The notes beneath the pieces are model-generated. The model was not told the DNA's origin. It made no database searches and saw nothing but the letters and a program-made list of their open reading frames with translations. The translations under genes were made by a program, and so were the position numbers. From positions 1-51,557 of IMG/VR virus record IMGVR_UViG_3300032225_001565: 51,557 nt of DNA. One strand, written 5' to 3'. Position 1 is the stretch's first letter, and every line of letters begins with the position of its first letter. Shown piece after piece: positions 7,906 to 16,640 of this stretch. Source of the stretch: a virus (Duplodnaviria; Caudoviricetes).

Positions 7906-8755
7906 TCCAGACCGCGATGTAGCGGCAGCCGGGGTTCAGGTACATCTGATAGCCGGCCTCCCGCATTCGCCGGTGGTGCGGGACGTGCTCGCAGTCCTCG
8001 CCGGAGTAGCCGCCGGAGAGAAACGCCTTGGTCTGGTAGACGGCCAGGCCGCCGAAGGCCGAGTTCATCGCGACCGGCGGCGAGCCGACGGGTGGCAGGA
8101 ACTGCCAGAACCAGATCATCCCGATCTCGTCGCGTCGGTCGCGCCACCAGTTTGGCCGCGCCGCCCACGCATCGTAATGAGCCACGCCGTTTGGGTAACG
8201 GGCCAGCGAGTAGCTCGCCATGCCGCCTGGCTGGAGCGGGCAGCCGCCGGCCATCATGCTGCCCAGCCAGCCGATGCTGTTGAACACTCCGTCTGGCGAG
8301 AACCCGCCGGCCGGGTCGGTGTCGAAGACGATCGTCCACGTCGTGTCGGCGGCATTCGCACGCACCCACTCAAGGCACTTGTTTCGGCAGTAGGCCAGCC
8401 GCTCCGTCCGCTCCGGCTCAAACCCCCTCGAGTCGATGCCTCCCAGCGTCCCATGCTCGACGGTCACGCCCGGCTCGATCTCAGCGTACTTGTCAAGCAC
8501 CGCCGCCGTCGCGTCATCGCTGTCGTTCTCCCAGAAGTACATGCGCGAATCCCTGAACACACGCCTCACCATCGTGATCAGCGGCAGCGTGTTCGCCAGC
8601 GCCGGGAGAGCGTTCCGCGAGATCGCGACGATGGCCGCGCTCGTGTCCTTCGCCATCTCGATGCCGGCGAGCGTCTTTGCCTCGTAGTCAGCCTCGTACT
8701 CGGCATCGACGGGCCACACGGCCTCCGGCCGCAGCAACTCATTCTGCTCGCTCAC
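7895..8755 (-). CDS. Glycosyltransferase, GT69/CAP59 (cryptococcal mannosyltransferase)-like
   Basis: ENDS.D.T, R.ERLA.CRN, D-x-D (FDTD), YD.WA.R, V..NSAFGGLAVY, CEH...YLNP; GTG start with AGGAGG RBS. Confidence 0.8.
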   Translation of the reverse strand: MSEQNELLRPEAVWPVDAEYEADYEAKTLAGIEMAKDTSAAIVAISRNALPALANTLPLITMVRRVFRDSRMYFWENDSDDATAAVLDKYAEIEPGVTVEHGTLGGIDSRGFEPERTERLAYCRNKCLEWVRANAADTTWTIVFDTDPAGGFSPDGVFNSIGWLGSMMAGGCPLQPGGMASYSLARYPNGVAHYDAWAARPNWWRDRRDEIGMIWFWQFLPPVGSPPVAMNSAFGGLAVYQTKAFLSGGYSGEDCEHVPHHRRMREAGYQMYLNPGCRYIAVWNDG

Positions 8756-9374
8756 AGAGCCTCCTGACCTCGCCGACGCGGTCGTCGTACTGGGTGACGT
8801 GGTGGAAGTTTGGGTAGTCCGTCCGGTTCTCGTCCCGCGGGTGGTGGTTCCATTTGGCGTGCAGCGCGGTTGAGTGCTCGCGGAGCACCGTCGGCCCGAG
8901 GTCTTCCGACCGCGGGCCGCGATGCACCGCGTACCCCAGCCGTCGCAGCATCGCCCCCTGCTCCCACCACGGGTGGTCGCGGAACTCCTCGAGGTCGTCG
9001 CGCCACATTGCCAGGAGCGTGTCGCGGATCGGCTTTCGCACCAGCCACACGCCGCAGTTCGGCACCTGCCCGCACTCGGTCTGGTGGATGACCATGCCCT
9101 GCCACGCATCCGCCGGCAGTTCGTCGAAGATGCTCTCCTGCGACCGTGACACGACCACGTCGCAGTCCAGCCAGAGCACCTCGTCGTATTCTTGGAGGGC
9201 GACGGCAAGCGTCGGCACTTTCAGCCATGACGGCGGCGCGGCCGTGCTCGCCAGGTTGATGCAGTCCAAGTCGCAGCCGTGACGCTGGGCGTAGCGGAAC
9301 ATCGGGTCAAGCGTCAGCGCGGCCATCGCCCCGTGGGCCAGGCCGCACCAGCCGGTGACGATCAGTCGCCTCAT
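8739..9374 (-). CDS. Glycosyltransferase, GT34 (GMA12/MNN10)-like
   Basis: W.K, YD.VLWLDCD (DxD), NCGVWLVR, WEQ motifs. Confidence 0.85.
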   Translation of the reverse strand: MRRLIVTGWCGLAHGAMAALTLDPMFRYAQRHGCDLDCINLASTAAPPSWLKVPTLAVALQEYDEVLWLDCDVVVSRSQESIFDELPADAWQGMVIHQTECGQVPNCGVWLVRKPIRDTLLAMWRDDLEEFRDHPWWEQGAMLRRLGYAVHRGPRSEDLGPTVLREHSTALHAKWNHHPRDENRTDYPNFHHVTQYDDRVGEVRRLCERAE

Positions 9375-9877
9375 CGCTTCCCCACGAAGAGCAGGCGGCC
9401 ACGCTCATCCGGCGTGGTGGAGTGTTCGGTGAACCGGGCGATCACCAATTCGGCGCTGGCCGGCGACAACTGCTCGAAGTCGTGGATCGCCACGACCCGC
9501 CCGATCTCGGCGCATCGCAGGTACTCACCCACGACGAGGTCGCCGTGGACGGCGTCGTGGAACACGAGGTCGAACGCGGGGGCCGTCTGGAGGTACGCGC
9601 CGGCCGCGCCGGCCACCGGCGTGATGTTCCCGATGCCCAGCGACTCCCAGTAGGCCGTGCGGCTCCACTGCGGAACGGTGTCGCAGAGATCGACGCTGAC
9701 AATCGTCGCCTTCGGCGCCGCCAAGGCCATCGCCGCCGTCGAGATGCCGGCGTGGCTGCCCAACTCGAGGACGGTGTCGGCTTCGCCTGCGAGCTGCGCT
9801 AGCAGGCGAATGTGACACCGGCTCGTCGTCATCTGGTGGGAATCATCGACGCCGTCAACAAACTCTTGCCAACTCAT
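9371..9877 (-). CDS. Class I SAM methyltransferase (Methyltransf_24-like)
   Basis: VLELGSHAGIST, SVD, FDLVFHDAVH, AIHD; ATGA overlaps at both ends. Confidence 0.85.
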   Translation of the reverse strand: MSWQEFVDGVDDSHQMTTSRCHIRLLAQLAGEADTVLELGSHAGISTAAMALAAPKATIVSVDLCDTVPQWSRTAYWESLGIGNITPVAGAAGAYLQTAPAFDLVFHDAVHGDLVVGEYLRCAEIGRVVAIHDFEQLSPASAELVIARFTEHSTTPDERGRLLFVGKR

Positions 9878-10158
9878 TGGTCTATGGCCTCCAGAAACTC
9901 TCGTGCATCGCCCACACTGCGAACGACAGTGGCCGGGCATCCGACTTGGATCAACTCCCGAATCCGGTGCTGCTGAATCCGCGTCGGGTCTTCGCCCGGC
10001 CGCTTCACTTCCATCCACGCCGCCCGGCCCTTCTTGATGACCAGCACGTCGGGCAGCCCCTTCACGCTGTAGGCGTTGCCATGATTCTTCATGGCCCACC
10101 AGCCGAGGCGGCGGGCCTCGTCCAGCACCTTCGCGACGATGGTTCGCTCGAGTGGCAC
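9874..10158 (-). CDS. VRR-NUC domain nuclease
   Basis: E..I, GLPD, MEVKRPG..P...Q, VVRS. Confidence 0.9.
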   Translation of the reverse strand: MPLERTIVAKVLDEARRLGWWAMKNHGNAYSVKGLPDVLVIKKGRAAWMEVKRPGEDPTRIQQHRIRELIQVGCPATVVRSVGDAREFLEAIDQ

Positions 10159-10190
10159 GCCTCAGATTGTCCCAACCTGCCGACTAGAGT

Positions 10191-10541
10191 CTAGGTGGAC
10201 TCTGAGTAGGCGAACGAGCGGCGGTCGAAGTTGTAGTTCCGCAGCCGGAACGCCGTCGGCCTGCCGACCCGCCGACGCTCCTCTTCCTCCGGCGACCACG
10301 TTGAGCGGATGGCCGCGGCTCGCTCCGCGATCTCCTCGGGCGTCGGCGGCTCGACCTCGGCGAACTCGTCTTCCGGCTTCGCCTTGGGCCGCGGCGGCAG
10401 TTTCAGTCGGGCCTTGACCACATAGAACGAGCCGCATCGTATGCCCAGCGTCTGGCAAATCTCACGCTCAGGCATCCCAGAAGCCCAGAGCCGGAACAGC
10501 GCCGGCACGTCGATCTCACCCAGTCGTTTACCACGCATCAC
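10191..10541 (-). CDS. HTH (GcrA-like) DNA-binding protein
   Basis: LFRLWASGM...EIC..LG...RLKLPPR. Confidence 0.65.
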   Translation of the reverse strand: MMRGKRLGEIDVPALFRLWASGMPEREICQTLGIRCGSFYVVKARLKLPPRPKAKPEDEFAEVEPPTPEEIAERAAAIRSTWSPEEEERRRVGRPTAFRLRNYNFDRRSFAYSEST

Positions 10542-10816
10542 TCGGCCTCCCTGCCCCAGAGTTCGATGATCGTCAGACTCAATCGCTCGACCTTCTTTTG
10601 CAGGCTGCGAGCTTCAGTCTCGGCTTTCCATCGCAGTGCCCGCTCGTTGGCAAGCGCGAGGCAGTTTTCGTTGGCACGAACCGTTTCTCGCCGCAGGCGA
10701 GCCAGCGCCCGCTCCAGTCCGCGCTGGGCGCCGCGGCAGCCCTCGCGGGCGCGGTGCCAGAGCAACTCGTACTCGTCGGCCGCCGCCCAGGCTTCGTCCA
10801 GTTCACTCTGACTCAC
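10538..10816 (-). CDS. Coiled-coil hypothetical protein
   Basis: Heptad-rich; GTG start chosen. Confidence 0.6.
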   Translation of the reverse strand: MSQSELDEAWAAADEYELLWHRAREGCRGAQRGLERALARLRRETVRANENCLALANERALRWKAETEARSLQKKVERLSLTIIELWGREAE

Positions 10817-11021
10817 CGATGTATTCCTCAACCCATTTGGATAGTTCGGAGGAGTAGACTAGCACACTCTCGCGCAGCATATGAATAGCAAAGGCCAGCC
10901 CGTCGGCGCCGGTCTGCTTGGCAAGTGTTGCCTGCAACTCCGCGCCGTCGGCGACCTTTCGCAGGGCCGCCTGCATCTCCAGCATCCTGCCGAGTGCATC
11001 ATACTTTTCATCGTTGGTCAC
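10803..11021 (-). CDS. Hypothetical protein (72 aa)
   Basis: GTGA overlap with the upstream gene. Confidence 0.65.
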   Translation of the reverse strand: MTNDEKYDALGRMLEMQAALRKVADGAELQATLAKQTGADGLAFAIHMLRESVLVYSSELSKWVEEYIGESE

Positions 11022-11767
11022 GCATCAATCCTTGATGAGAGCACGCTGGACAACTCAGCGGCGCGCGCTACCGCGTTGCCGTTAAAACAGCGACGGCACG
11101 ACTCGCAGACGCCTGAAATATCAGCGGCAGAGTTCAACGGGCAGTCGTCTGCGTTCAACTCATCGCCCCTCGGGTCGTAGCAGTCGCGGAACACAACGGG
11201 GGCTACCGGGTGCTCAGGAACCTCGTCAGGCGCGCACTGGTACGACCAAAACCACTGGAGTTTCTTCAGCGGGCGCATCGCGGCGGCCCGCGTCCACGAT
11301 GACTTGTCAAGACTGAAGTGAACGTAGACGTTCGGCCGCGGCGAAATGTTGATCGCGTACTGCGGCAGTCGCGTCACAACCCACTGCGGAATGTCAGGCA
11401 TCATTGCTGCCGCCGCATTCAGGCACTCTACGGCTTCTGGAAACAAGTCGCCGCCGCCGTTCCACCGGACAAACGAGAGTTTCAACCTGCCGGCCCACTC
11501 GGCGATTCTGGCAGCCGTCTGCGAATGGTCAGCGATCGTTGAGTTTCTGAGGCGGTGCTGCTTTTTCAGGGCCGCCGACCACGTCGAAGGGCCGCGACCG
11601 AAGTAGCACGTCTCGATGCAGACCTTCGTCGGCGCACACGTCGGTGCGATCGGGTAGTTGAGGCTGTGACCAGTAACCTTGTTAGTCGAGAACGGGTTTT
11701 CGCCATCCGCCAAAAGGTCGCCGGCGTCGAGGGCATAAGTCTTCGCCTTGAGCTTCGCGTAGTTCAT
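11018..11767 (-). CDS. GP88-like (radical-SAM-related Fe-S) protein
   Basis: N-K, TC-x5-C-x3-CY, FVRW..GGD motifs typical of the Gene product 88 family. Confidence 0.7.
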   Translation of the reverse strand: MNYAKLKAKTYALDAGDLLADGENPFSTNKVTGHSLNYPIAPTCAPTKVCIETCYFGRGPSTWSAALKKQHRLRNSTIADHSQTAARIAEWAGRLKLSFVRWNGGGDLFPEAVECLNAAAAMMPDIPQWVVTRLPQYAINISPRPNVYVHFSLDKSSWTRAAAMRPLKKLQWFWSYQCAPDEVPEHPVAPVVFRDCYDPRGDELNADDCPLNSAADISGVCESCRRCFNGNAVARAAELSSVLSSRIDA

Positions 11768-12168
11768 GCACGCCTCCAGCCGCCAGCCACGTCCCGCTCG
11801 AAGAGCACCGGCCAAAAGCCGGCTCGCCGGGCCACGAGCAGCATGTGCGGGTGGAAGACGGCGACGGTGCCGCCCTCGTCGCGCAGGACGGCCGAGAACA
11901 GACCAGCCGCGGCGAACACCGCGATCCCCTGGAGGCGTCGCTCCGGTCGAACGAACGCCTCCAGGGTGTCATACGACTGCCATCGCTCCGTCCTGGCCCA
12001 GCCCACAACCTGATCGTCGTGGAAGACGACGGCGATGTGGCCGTCGGTCTTCGTGTCGATCGCCTTGTGGAAGTCGCTGCCAGGCTTCGTCAGTTCGTCG
12101 CGGATTGTGCGTCGAATCGGCGCGTCTTCGACAACTTCGTCCAGCGGCATGACGGAGCAGACGATCAT
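11764..12168 (-). CDS. GNAT-family acetyltransferase-like protein
   Basis: VVGWA...FVRPERRLQGIA (acetyl-CoA motif A) and RRAGF. Confidence 0.75.
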   Translation of the reverse strand: MIVCSVMPLDEVVEDAPIRRTIRDELTKPGSDFHKAIDTKTDGHIAVVFHDDQVVGWARTERWQSYDTLEAFVRPERRLQGIAVFAAAGLFSAVLRDEGGTVAVFHPHMLLVARRAGFWPVLFERDVAGGWRRA

Positions 12169-12578
12169 TTGGCGTCCCCAGGAGAAACCCGCCCGGCCGT
12201 GGCGTCGATTGGCGCGACGGCGTACTTCTGTACGCAGTTCGCGAACCGCGAACGGGCCGGCGCCGGCGCGTCCCGCGGCTCGTTTTTCAGCCGCTCGAGC
12301 ATCTCGGGCGACTCCGGCAGAGACAGGAATCCGACGTGCAGGATTGCCGTAACGACGGAGTCGTCGTGGCACTGCCGCCCAGGCTTGAAATACCCAGCGT
12401 CGAGAAGGCGATTCTTGACCCAGCAGACGGGGCCGGTGGCCGTCTCCCACCTCCGACTGTGCTCGCTTGCGTCAATCGCAAAGCTAGCCGCCAGCGCCGG
12501 GGGGACGAACACTCCAAACCACTCGGCGGCGAACTCTGCGAAGCCAAGAGGCGTGGATATTTGGTCGTGGGGGTTCAT
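12165..12578 (-). CDS. Hypothetical protein (137 aa)
   Basis: ATGA overlaps on both sides. Confidence 0.6.
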   Translation of the reverse strand: MNPHDQISTPLGFAEFAAEWFGVFVPPALAASFAIDASEHSRRWETATGPVCWVKNRLLDAGYFKPGRQCHDDSVVTAILHVGFLSLPESPEMLERLKNEPRDAPAPARSRFANCVQKYAVAPIDATAGRVSPGDAK

Positions 12579-12829
12579 CGGTCGAACCTCACATACAGCG
12601 GGCCGTTCTCGCCCACATACGCTCCGAGCGTGTTGGACGACAGAAACTCATCTGCCTCCTCCGGCGTCATGCCGTCACGCTCAACCAGAACCTCAATGCA
12701 CTTGTCGATGTCGTAGACCGCGACCTGCGGGTGGTGGTGGTTCACCGTGTAGCCCACCAGCGCGGCCTCGAGGCCGTCGGCCAGCAGGGCGTCTGGGTTG
12801 GCTTCGGCCAGGTCGTCGAGGGTGCTCAC
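12575..12829 (-). CDS. Conserved phage hypothetical protein
   Basis: ADG...A.VG...VAVYD..K....L...GM..EEA.EF...N..GAYVGE..P pattern common in aquatic phages. Confidence 0.75.
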   Translation of the reverse strand: MSTLDDLAEANPDALLADGLEAALVGYTVNHHHPQVAVYDIDKCIEVLVERDGMTPEEADEFLSSNTLGAYVGENGPLYVRFDR

Positions 12830-13554
12830 GATGCGGCCCCCACTCGTTCCTCCGCAATCGCGGCGTACTCTGGATTCAGTTCGCACCCGATGCCGCTTCG
12901 GCCCAGGCGGGCGGCGACCGCCAGCGTCGTGCCGGAGCCGGCGAATGGGTCGAGGATCGTGTCGCCTGCATTGCTCGAGACGCGGATGATCCGCTCGACC
13001 AGTTCCTCCGGCAGTTGAGTCGGCACACCCTTCACCCGCTCACGGAATGTGCCGCAGACCCGGTTGATCTGCCACACGTCGCCCATGATCTTGCCGGCCG
13101 GGTTGGCCCGCTTATCGGCGTACTTCTCCTGCCGGGCCGACGGCACGGTCACGACCTCGGCGTTGAACGTGAAGTGCTTCGGGTCTTTGACGGCGTAGTA
13201 GATCGGCCGCGAGCACCGCCCGAACTTCCGCTGGCAGTAGACGCCGAACGTCTCGTGCCAGGTGATGCGGTTGCGGATCGTCAGGCCAGCCATCTGCATC
13301 TTCACGTCGATCCACGAGCCGTATTCCTGCCCGCTGATGATCCACATGGAGCCGTGCGGCTTGAGCGCCCTGTAGCACCAGCCGATCCAGCGTGCGCACC
13401 ACTCGACGTAGTCGTCGATCAGGTCGGCCTTTGGCCCCCGGCCGTAGTCGATGCCGATGTTGTATGGCGGGTCAGTAACGACCAGATCGACGCTTTCTCG
13501 CTCGAGCGTCTTCAGCGATTCGATGCAGTCGCCGGTGATGATGCGGGTGCTCAC
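12826..13554 (-). CDS. DNA N6-adenine/N4-cytosine methyltransferase (beta class)
   Basis: GDC, TDPPY, DVW, LDPFAGSGTT, GCELN. Confidence 0.95.
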   Translation of the reverse strand: MSTRIITGDCIESLKTLERESVDLVVTDPPYNIGIDYGRGPKADLIDDYVEWCARWIGWCYRALKPHGSMWIISGQEYGSWIDVKMQMAGLTIRNRITWHETFGVYCQRKFGRCSRPIYYAVKDPKHFTFNAEVVTVPSARQEKYADKRANPAGKIMGDVWQINRVCGTFRERVKGVPTQLPEELVERIIRVSSNAGDTILDPFAGSGTTLAVAARLGRSGIGCELNPEYAAIAEERVGAAS

Positions 13555-13793
13555 GTCCTCGCCTCCCACCGATACACAGCCCGGTCGGGCGTCACCTGCG
13601 CGAGCAGGATGTCGGCCACGCTCGCGCTCGAGAGCCGGAAGCCCTGGAGCGAGTAGGAGCCGGCGGGCAGGCGGATCGTCCCCAGCGCGTCGGTCGCCGG
13701 CTCGATGGCCCCAATGCCGCCGTCGAACGGCCCGCCGATGTACTCGGGCGTGACGAACGGCTTCTCGGGGTAGGGGTGCAGAATGCCAGTCAT
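13551..13793 (-). CDS. Hypothetical protein (GGPFDG motif)
   Basis: ATGA/GTGA overlaps. Confidence 0.65.
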   Translation of the reverse strand: MTGILHPYPEKPFVTPEYIGGPFDGGIGAIEPATDALGTIRLPAGSYSLQGFRLSSASVADILLAQVTPDRAVYRWEART

Positions 13794-13894
13794 TCGTCCC
13801 CCCAGAACGTCGTCGAGCCGAGGCACGACGCGAACGTCGCGGCGCCGACGATGGCGAGAAAAACGGCGATGTTGAGCCAAGTGTGCAGCAGCAT
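13790..13894 (-). CDS. Small membrane peptide (34 aa)
   Basis: One TM segment; TGATG and ATGA overlaps. Confidence 0.5.
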   Translation of the reverse strand: MLLHTWLNIAVFLAIVGAATFASCLGSTTFWGDE

Positions 13895-14160
13895 CAGTCG
13901 AACTCCACCACGATTGCGACCTCGCTGCCGTCGCGGTTGATCTCCACCGACGTGGCAGACATATCCGCCAGGAGCGCCCACAGGTCTTCGTCGCTCATCG
14001 GGGCCATGCCCTCGACGAACCGGACGGCGACCTCGTGCGGCGATTCGCCGACAAGGATCGAAATGTCCGCGTCCGATGACCGGCATCGCGACCGGAGGAA
14101 CTCTTTGAGTTCGTAGATGCCGCCCTCGGCGGCGTGGACGGCGTCCAGCAGGAAGCTCAC
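13894..14160 (-). CDS. Hypothetical protein (88 aa)
   Basis: GTGA overlap with the csrA stop; GGAGG RBS. Confidence 0.65.
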   Translation of the reverse strand: MSFLLDAVHAAEGGIYELKEFLRSRCRSSDADISILVGESPHEVAVRFVEGMAPMSDEDLWALLADMSATSVEINRDGSEVAIVVEFD

Positions 14161-14327
14161 TTGGTCGCCTCCCGCGGCTTCTGGAGCAGTTCCTCGCGGG
14201 CGATCAGCACCTCGGGCGGCGCCTTGATGGCGAGCCGCACCTGGCCGTCGAACACCTTCGTGACCATGACCTCGATGTCGCGGCCGATCTGAACCTTCTG
14301 CCCGCGGCGGCGGGTGATGACCAGCAT
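14157..14327 (-). CDS. csrA: Carbon storage regulator CsrA/RsmA RNA-binding protein (56 aa; absent from the supplied ORF track)
   Basis: Manual translation MLVITRRRGQKVQIGRDIEVMVTKVFDGQVRLAIKAPPEVLIAREELLQKPREATK fits the CsrA consensus (MLxLTR..G..I.IG.DI.V.V....G.QV.L.I.AP..V.I.REE) with Arg44 retained. Confidence 0.95.
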   Translation of the reverse strand: MLVITRRRGQKVQIGRDIEVMVTKVFDGQVRLAIKAPPEVLIAREELLQKPREATK

Positions 14328-14328
14328 G

Positions 14329-14344
14329 GCTGACTCCTTTCAGC
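14329..14344 (-). promoter_or_regulatory. CsrA-type hairpin over the csrA RBS
   Basis: GCTGA-AAGGAG-TCAGC: 5-bp stem with ANGGAN hexaloop, 1 nt before the ATG. Confidence 0.7.
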
Positions 14345-14362
14345 GTTGTGTTTGGTGGTAGC

Positions 14363-14836
14363 CTATCCAGCCGCCTGGATTGAAGCAAGGTAGGTTTCGC
14401 AGGCTTTCTTGACCGCCGGCCGGGGGTGTTCCTTGGCCGCCCAGGTCAGGTAGGCCATGCCCCGGCTCGAGCGGGACACGACGCCCAGCGTCTGCCCGTC
14501 GAAGCGACCGCCGCGCAGCATGAAGTCGGCCCCCTCGGCCGGCGGCGCCAGGTGGCCCTTCACGACCGGCACCCACTGGCCTGTGCCGCAGAAGCAGCAC
14601 TCTAGCCGCCACTGCCCCCGATCCTCGTCGAGGATGTCGTGGCACTCGGCCCGACAGTTCTGGTCAAGGCAGGCCACAGTGCCATCCAGGCGACCGAGGG
14701 GCGGGTTGGCCTCCGCTGGCAACGCCAGCGGAGGAGTGTCATGGGCCTCTGACTGGGCTCCGGCCGACTCAGTCTTAGCCTTCCGGCCCCGTTTCTTGGT
14801 CGGTTCTTGTGGGGACGTGTCGAATAAAAGGCTCAC
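14363..14836 (-). CDS. Hypothetical protein with Zn finger and C-terminal G-x-F-x-G...YLxW motif
   Basis: C..C...CCFC; GGRFDGQTL..YLTWA. Confidence 0.7.
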   Translation of the reverse strand: MSLLFDTSPQEPTKKRGRKAKTESAGAQSEAHDTPPLALPAEANPPLGRLDGTVACLDQNCRAECHDILDEDRGQWRLECCFCGTGQWVPVVKGHLAPPAEGADFMLRGGRFDGQTLGVVSRSSRGMAYLTWAAKEHPRPAVKKACETYLASIQAAG

Positions 14837-16476
14837 AGTGGCAACTCCATCGAATAGGGTTCATCGGACTCGCAGACAATCAGCCGCTCCTTGGCCCTCG
14901 TGACGCCGACGTATTCGATCCGGCACTCCTCGTCATGGACACGGGGGTCAAGCTCCCGCTCGCGCTCCACCCTGGCGGCCGTCTCGGTGGAGAGGATCAC
15001 GTCCTGGGCCTCCATTCCCTTGGCCCCGTGGATGGTCGATAGCCGCACGTTTGGCTTCGTCGCGATCTCAGGGCCGTGCCGTTTCGCGGCGGCGTACCAC
15101 TTGCCGCCCCCGTCCAGCAACCCTGACCATCGACCCTCTTTGATCATCTCCATCAGTTCCGGCGTGACGCCGCCCAGCGTCGTCATCTCGTCGGCCGACA
15201 GGAAGTCGATATCCTCCCGCCGGCCCTTCGTCCAAGCAGCCTTCTCGCCGTGGCGAAGCAGGACGGCCGCGTCGATGGTCTTTGTGGGCGTCAAATCGAT
15301 GGCCGCCGTCCAGGCAGCCCCAGAGATGCCCTGGCCGTGCTGGAGCCTCCAGTAGGCGTTGTAGGCCATCATGGCCTTGGTGTCCGATTTCTCGTTGATG
15401 TAGGCGTGCGGCACCTTCCGCGACTCAAGCATCGTGGCGAACTTTGCCAGTGAGTATTTGCACCTCGCCAGCACCAGCGTCGTTCGGCTGCCGTCCACTT
15501 GGCTGATCGCCCGCTCGATCGACGGCTCGTTGATCACCCTGCCTTCGTGGGCGGCCGGTGCGATCCCGCGCTCAAAGTAACCCTTTCTCATCCGCCGCAG
15601 GCATCGCTCGCCAAGCTCCATGACGGCGGCGGGACACCGCCAAGACTGCGGCATCGTCCGCTCCTTGTCGGCCTCCCACGACATAAAGTTGCGGTAGTCG
15701 GCACCGCCAAAGCCGAAGACCGACTGGAAAGGGTCTGCGGCCAGGTACGCCCACTTCACGCCGGGGGCGTAGGCCAGCCGGCGGCAGACGGCGTCCAGCA
15801 GCTTCGACGCATCCTGCGCCTCGTCGAAAATCCACGCCTGCACGCCCTCGGGCGTCGGCCCCTCCGGCTCGGTCATTTCTGGCCCGTCCAGCGTGAAGCG
15901 TATCCCAGCGTACCGGCCGAGGATGTCCACGAAGTCGGACTTGCCGTCCAGCCGCTTGGAGTCCTCGTATTTCCTCACGAAATACTTCACGGTGCCGTAG
16001 GCCGGCACCTCAATGCCCGCCATCGACTTCTCGCGGTGGACGGCCTCCAGCGGCTCGACGCGGTTCCTGGCGATGTCCCAGAGCGTCAGCGCCGCAGCGG
16101 CCTCGTCGTCCCCCACGCAGACCTTGTAGCCACTGTCCTCGACCTTCCGCCACGAGACGTTCACCCGGAGACGGTCGGCGATCCACTTAGACGCCTTGTC
16201 ATCGGACGCCAAAAGCTCGTCCCCTTTGATCTGGAGCATCTTGTGGCAAGTCGAATGGGCCGTCCTGAACCACCCAGTGCCTTCCAGAAGGCTCGGATGG
16301 CAGTCGAACGCCTCAGATGCCCTGTTGACCATCTCCTCCCTGGCGGCCTTCGTGAGGCTCGCAAAACCGATGGCCTGCGGGTCACGGCCGACCTCTGGCA
16401 GGACCGACTTCATGATGTTGAGCAGTTCGGTGGTTTTCCCCGTGCCTGCCCCTCCGATGAGCCTGGCTACCTTCAT
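14833..16476 (-). CDS. UvrD/Rep-like SF1 helicase
   Basis: GGAGTGKTT, DEAQD, DPFQSVFGF, QSWRCP, STIHGAKGMEA, YVGVTRAK. Confidence 0.93.
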   Translation of the reverse strand: MKVARLIGGAGTGKTTELLNIMKSVLPEVGRDPQAIGFASLTKAAREEMVNRASEAFDCHPSLLEGTGWFRTAHSTCHKMLQIKGDELLASDDKASKWIADRLRVNVSWRKVEDSGYKVCVGDDEAAAALTLWDIARNRVEPLEAVHREKSMAGIEVPAYGTVKYFVRKYEDSKRLDGKSDFVDILGRYAGIRFTLDGPEMTEPEGPTPEGVQAWIFDEAQDASKLLDAVCRRLAYAPGVKWAYLAADPFQSVFGFGGADYRNFMSWEADKERTMPQSWRCPAAVMELGERCLRRMRKGYFERGIAPAAHEGRVINEPSIERAISQVDGSRTTLVLARCKYSLAKFATMLESRKVPHAYINEKSDTKAMMAYNAYWRLQHGQGISGAAWTAAIDLTPTKTIDAAVLLRHGEKAAWTKGRREDIDFLSADEMTTLGGVTPELMEMIKEGRWSGLLDGGGKWYAAAKRHGPEIATKPNVRLSTIHGAKGMEAQDVILSTETAARVERERELDPRVHDEECRIEYVGVTRAKERLIVCESDEPYSMELPL

Positions 16477-16640
16477 TGGACCGCGTTTCCTTTCTTGGGG
16501 GTTTGTGGCCCGGTTTTCGGTCCACCCTAAGTCCTTGTTTTTCAACCACTTGCATCGCGTTGGACCGCAAACCCGCGTTCCCGCGCTCGTAATTGATTTC
16601 CGAATTTCAATTCCCCCCCTATGTAATAAGGGCGGGTTGG
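16477..16640. other. Putative replication origin
   Basis: AT-richer intergenic region after the primase gene; GGACCGC direct/inverted repeats flank TAAGTCCTTGTTTTTCAACCACTTG, which holds two inverted IHF-like sites. Confidence 0.45.

Noticed and set aside
11845-13656. 603-aa plus-strand ORF and other long antisense ORFs (45180..46481, 15499..16530, 17300..18316)
   Set aside because: These are shadow ORFs opposite well-supported minus-strand genes in high-GC DNA, with no motifs.
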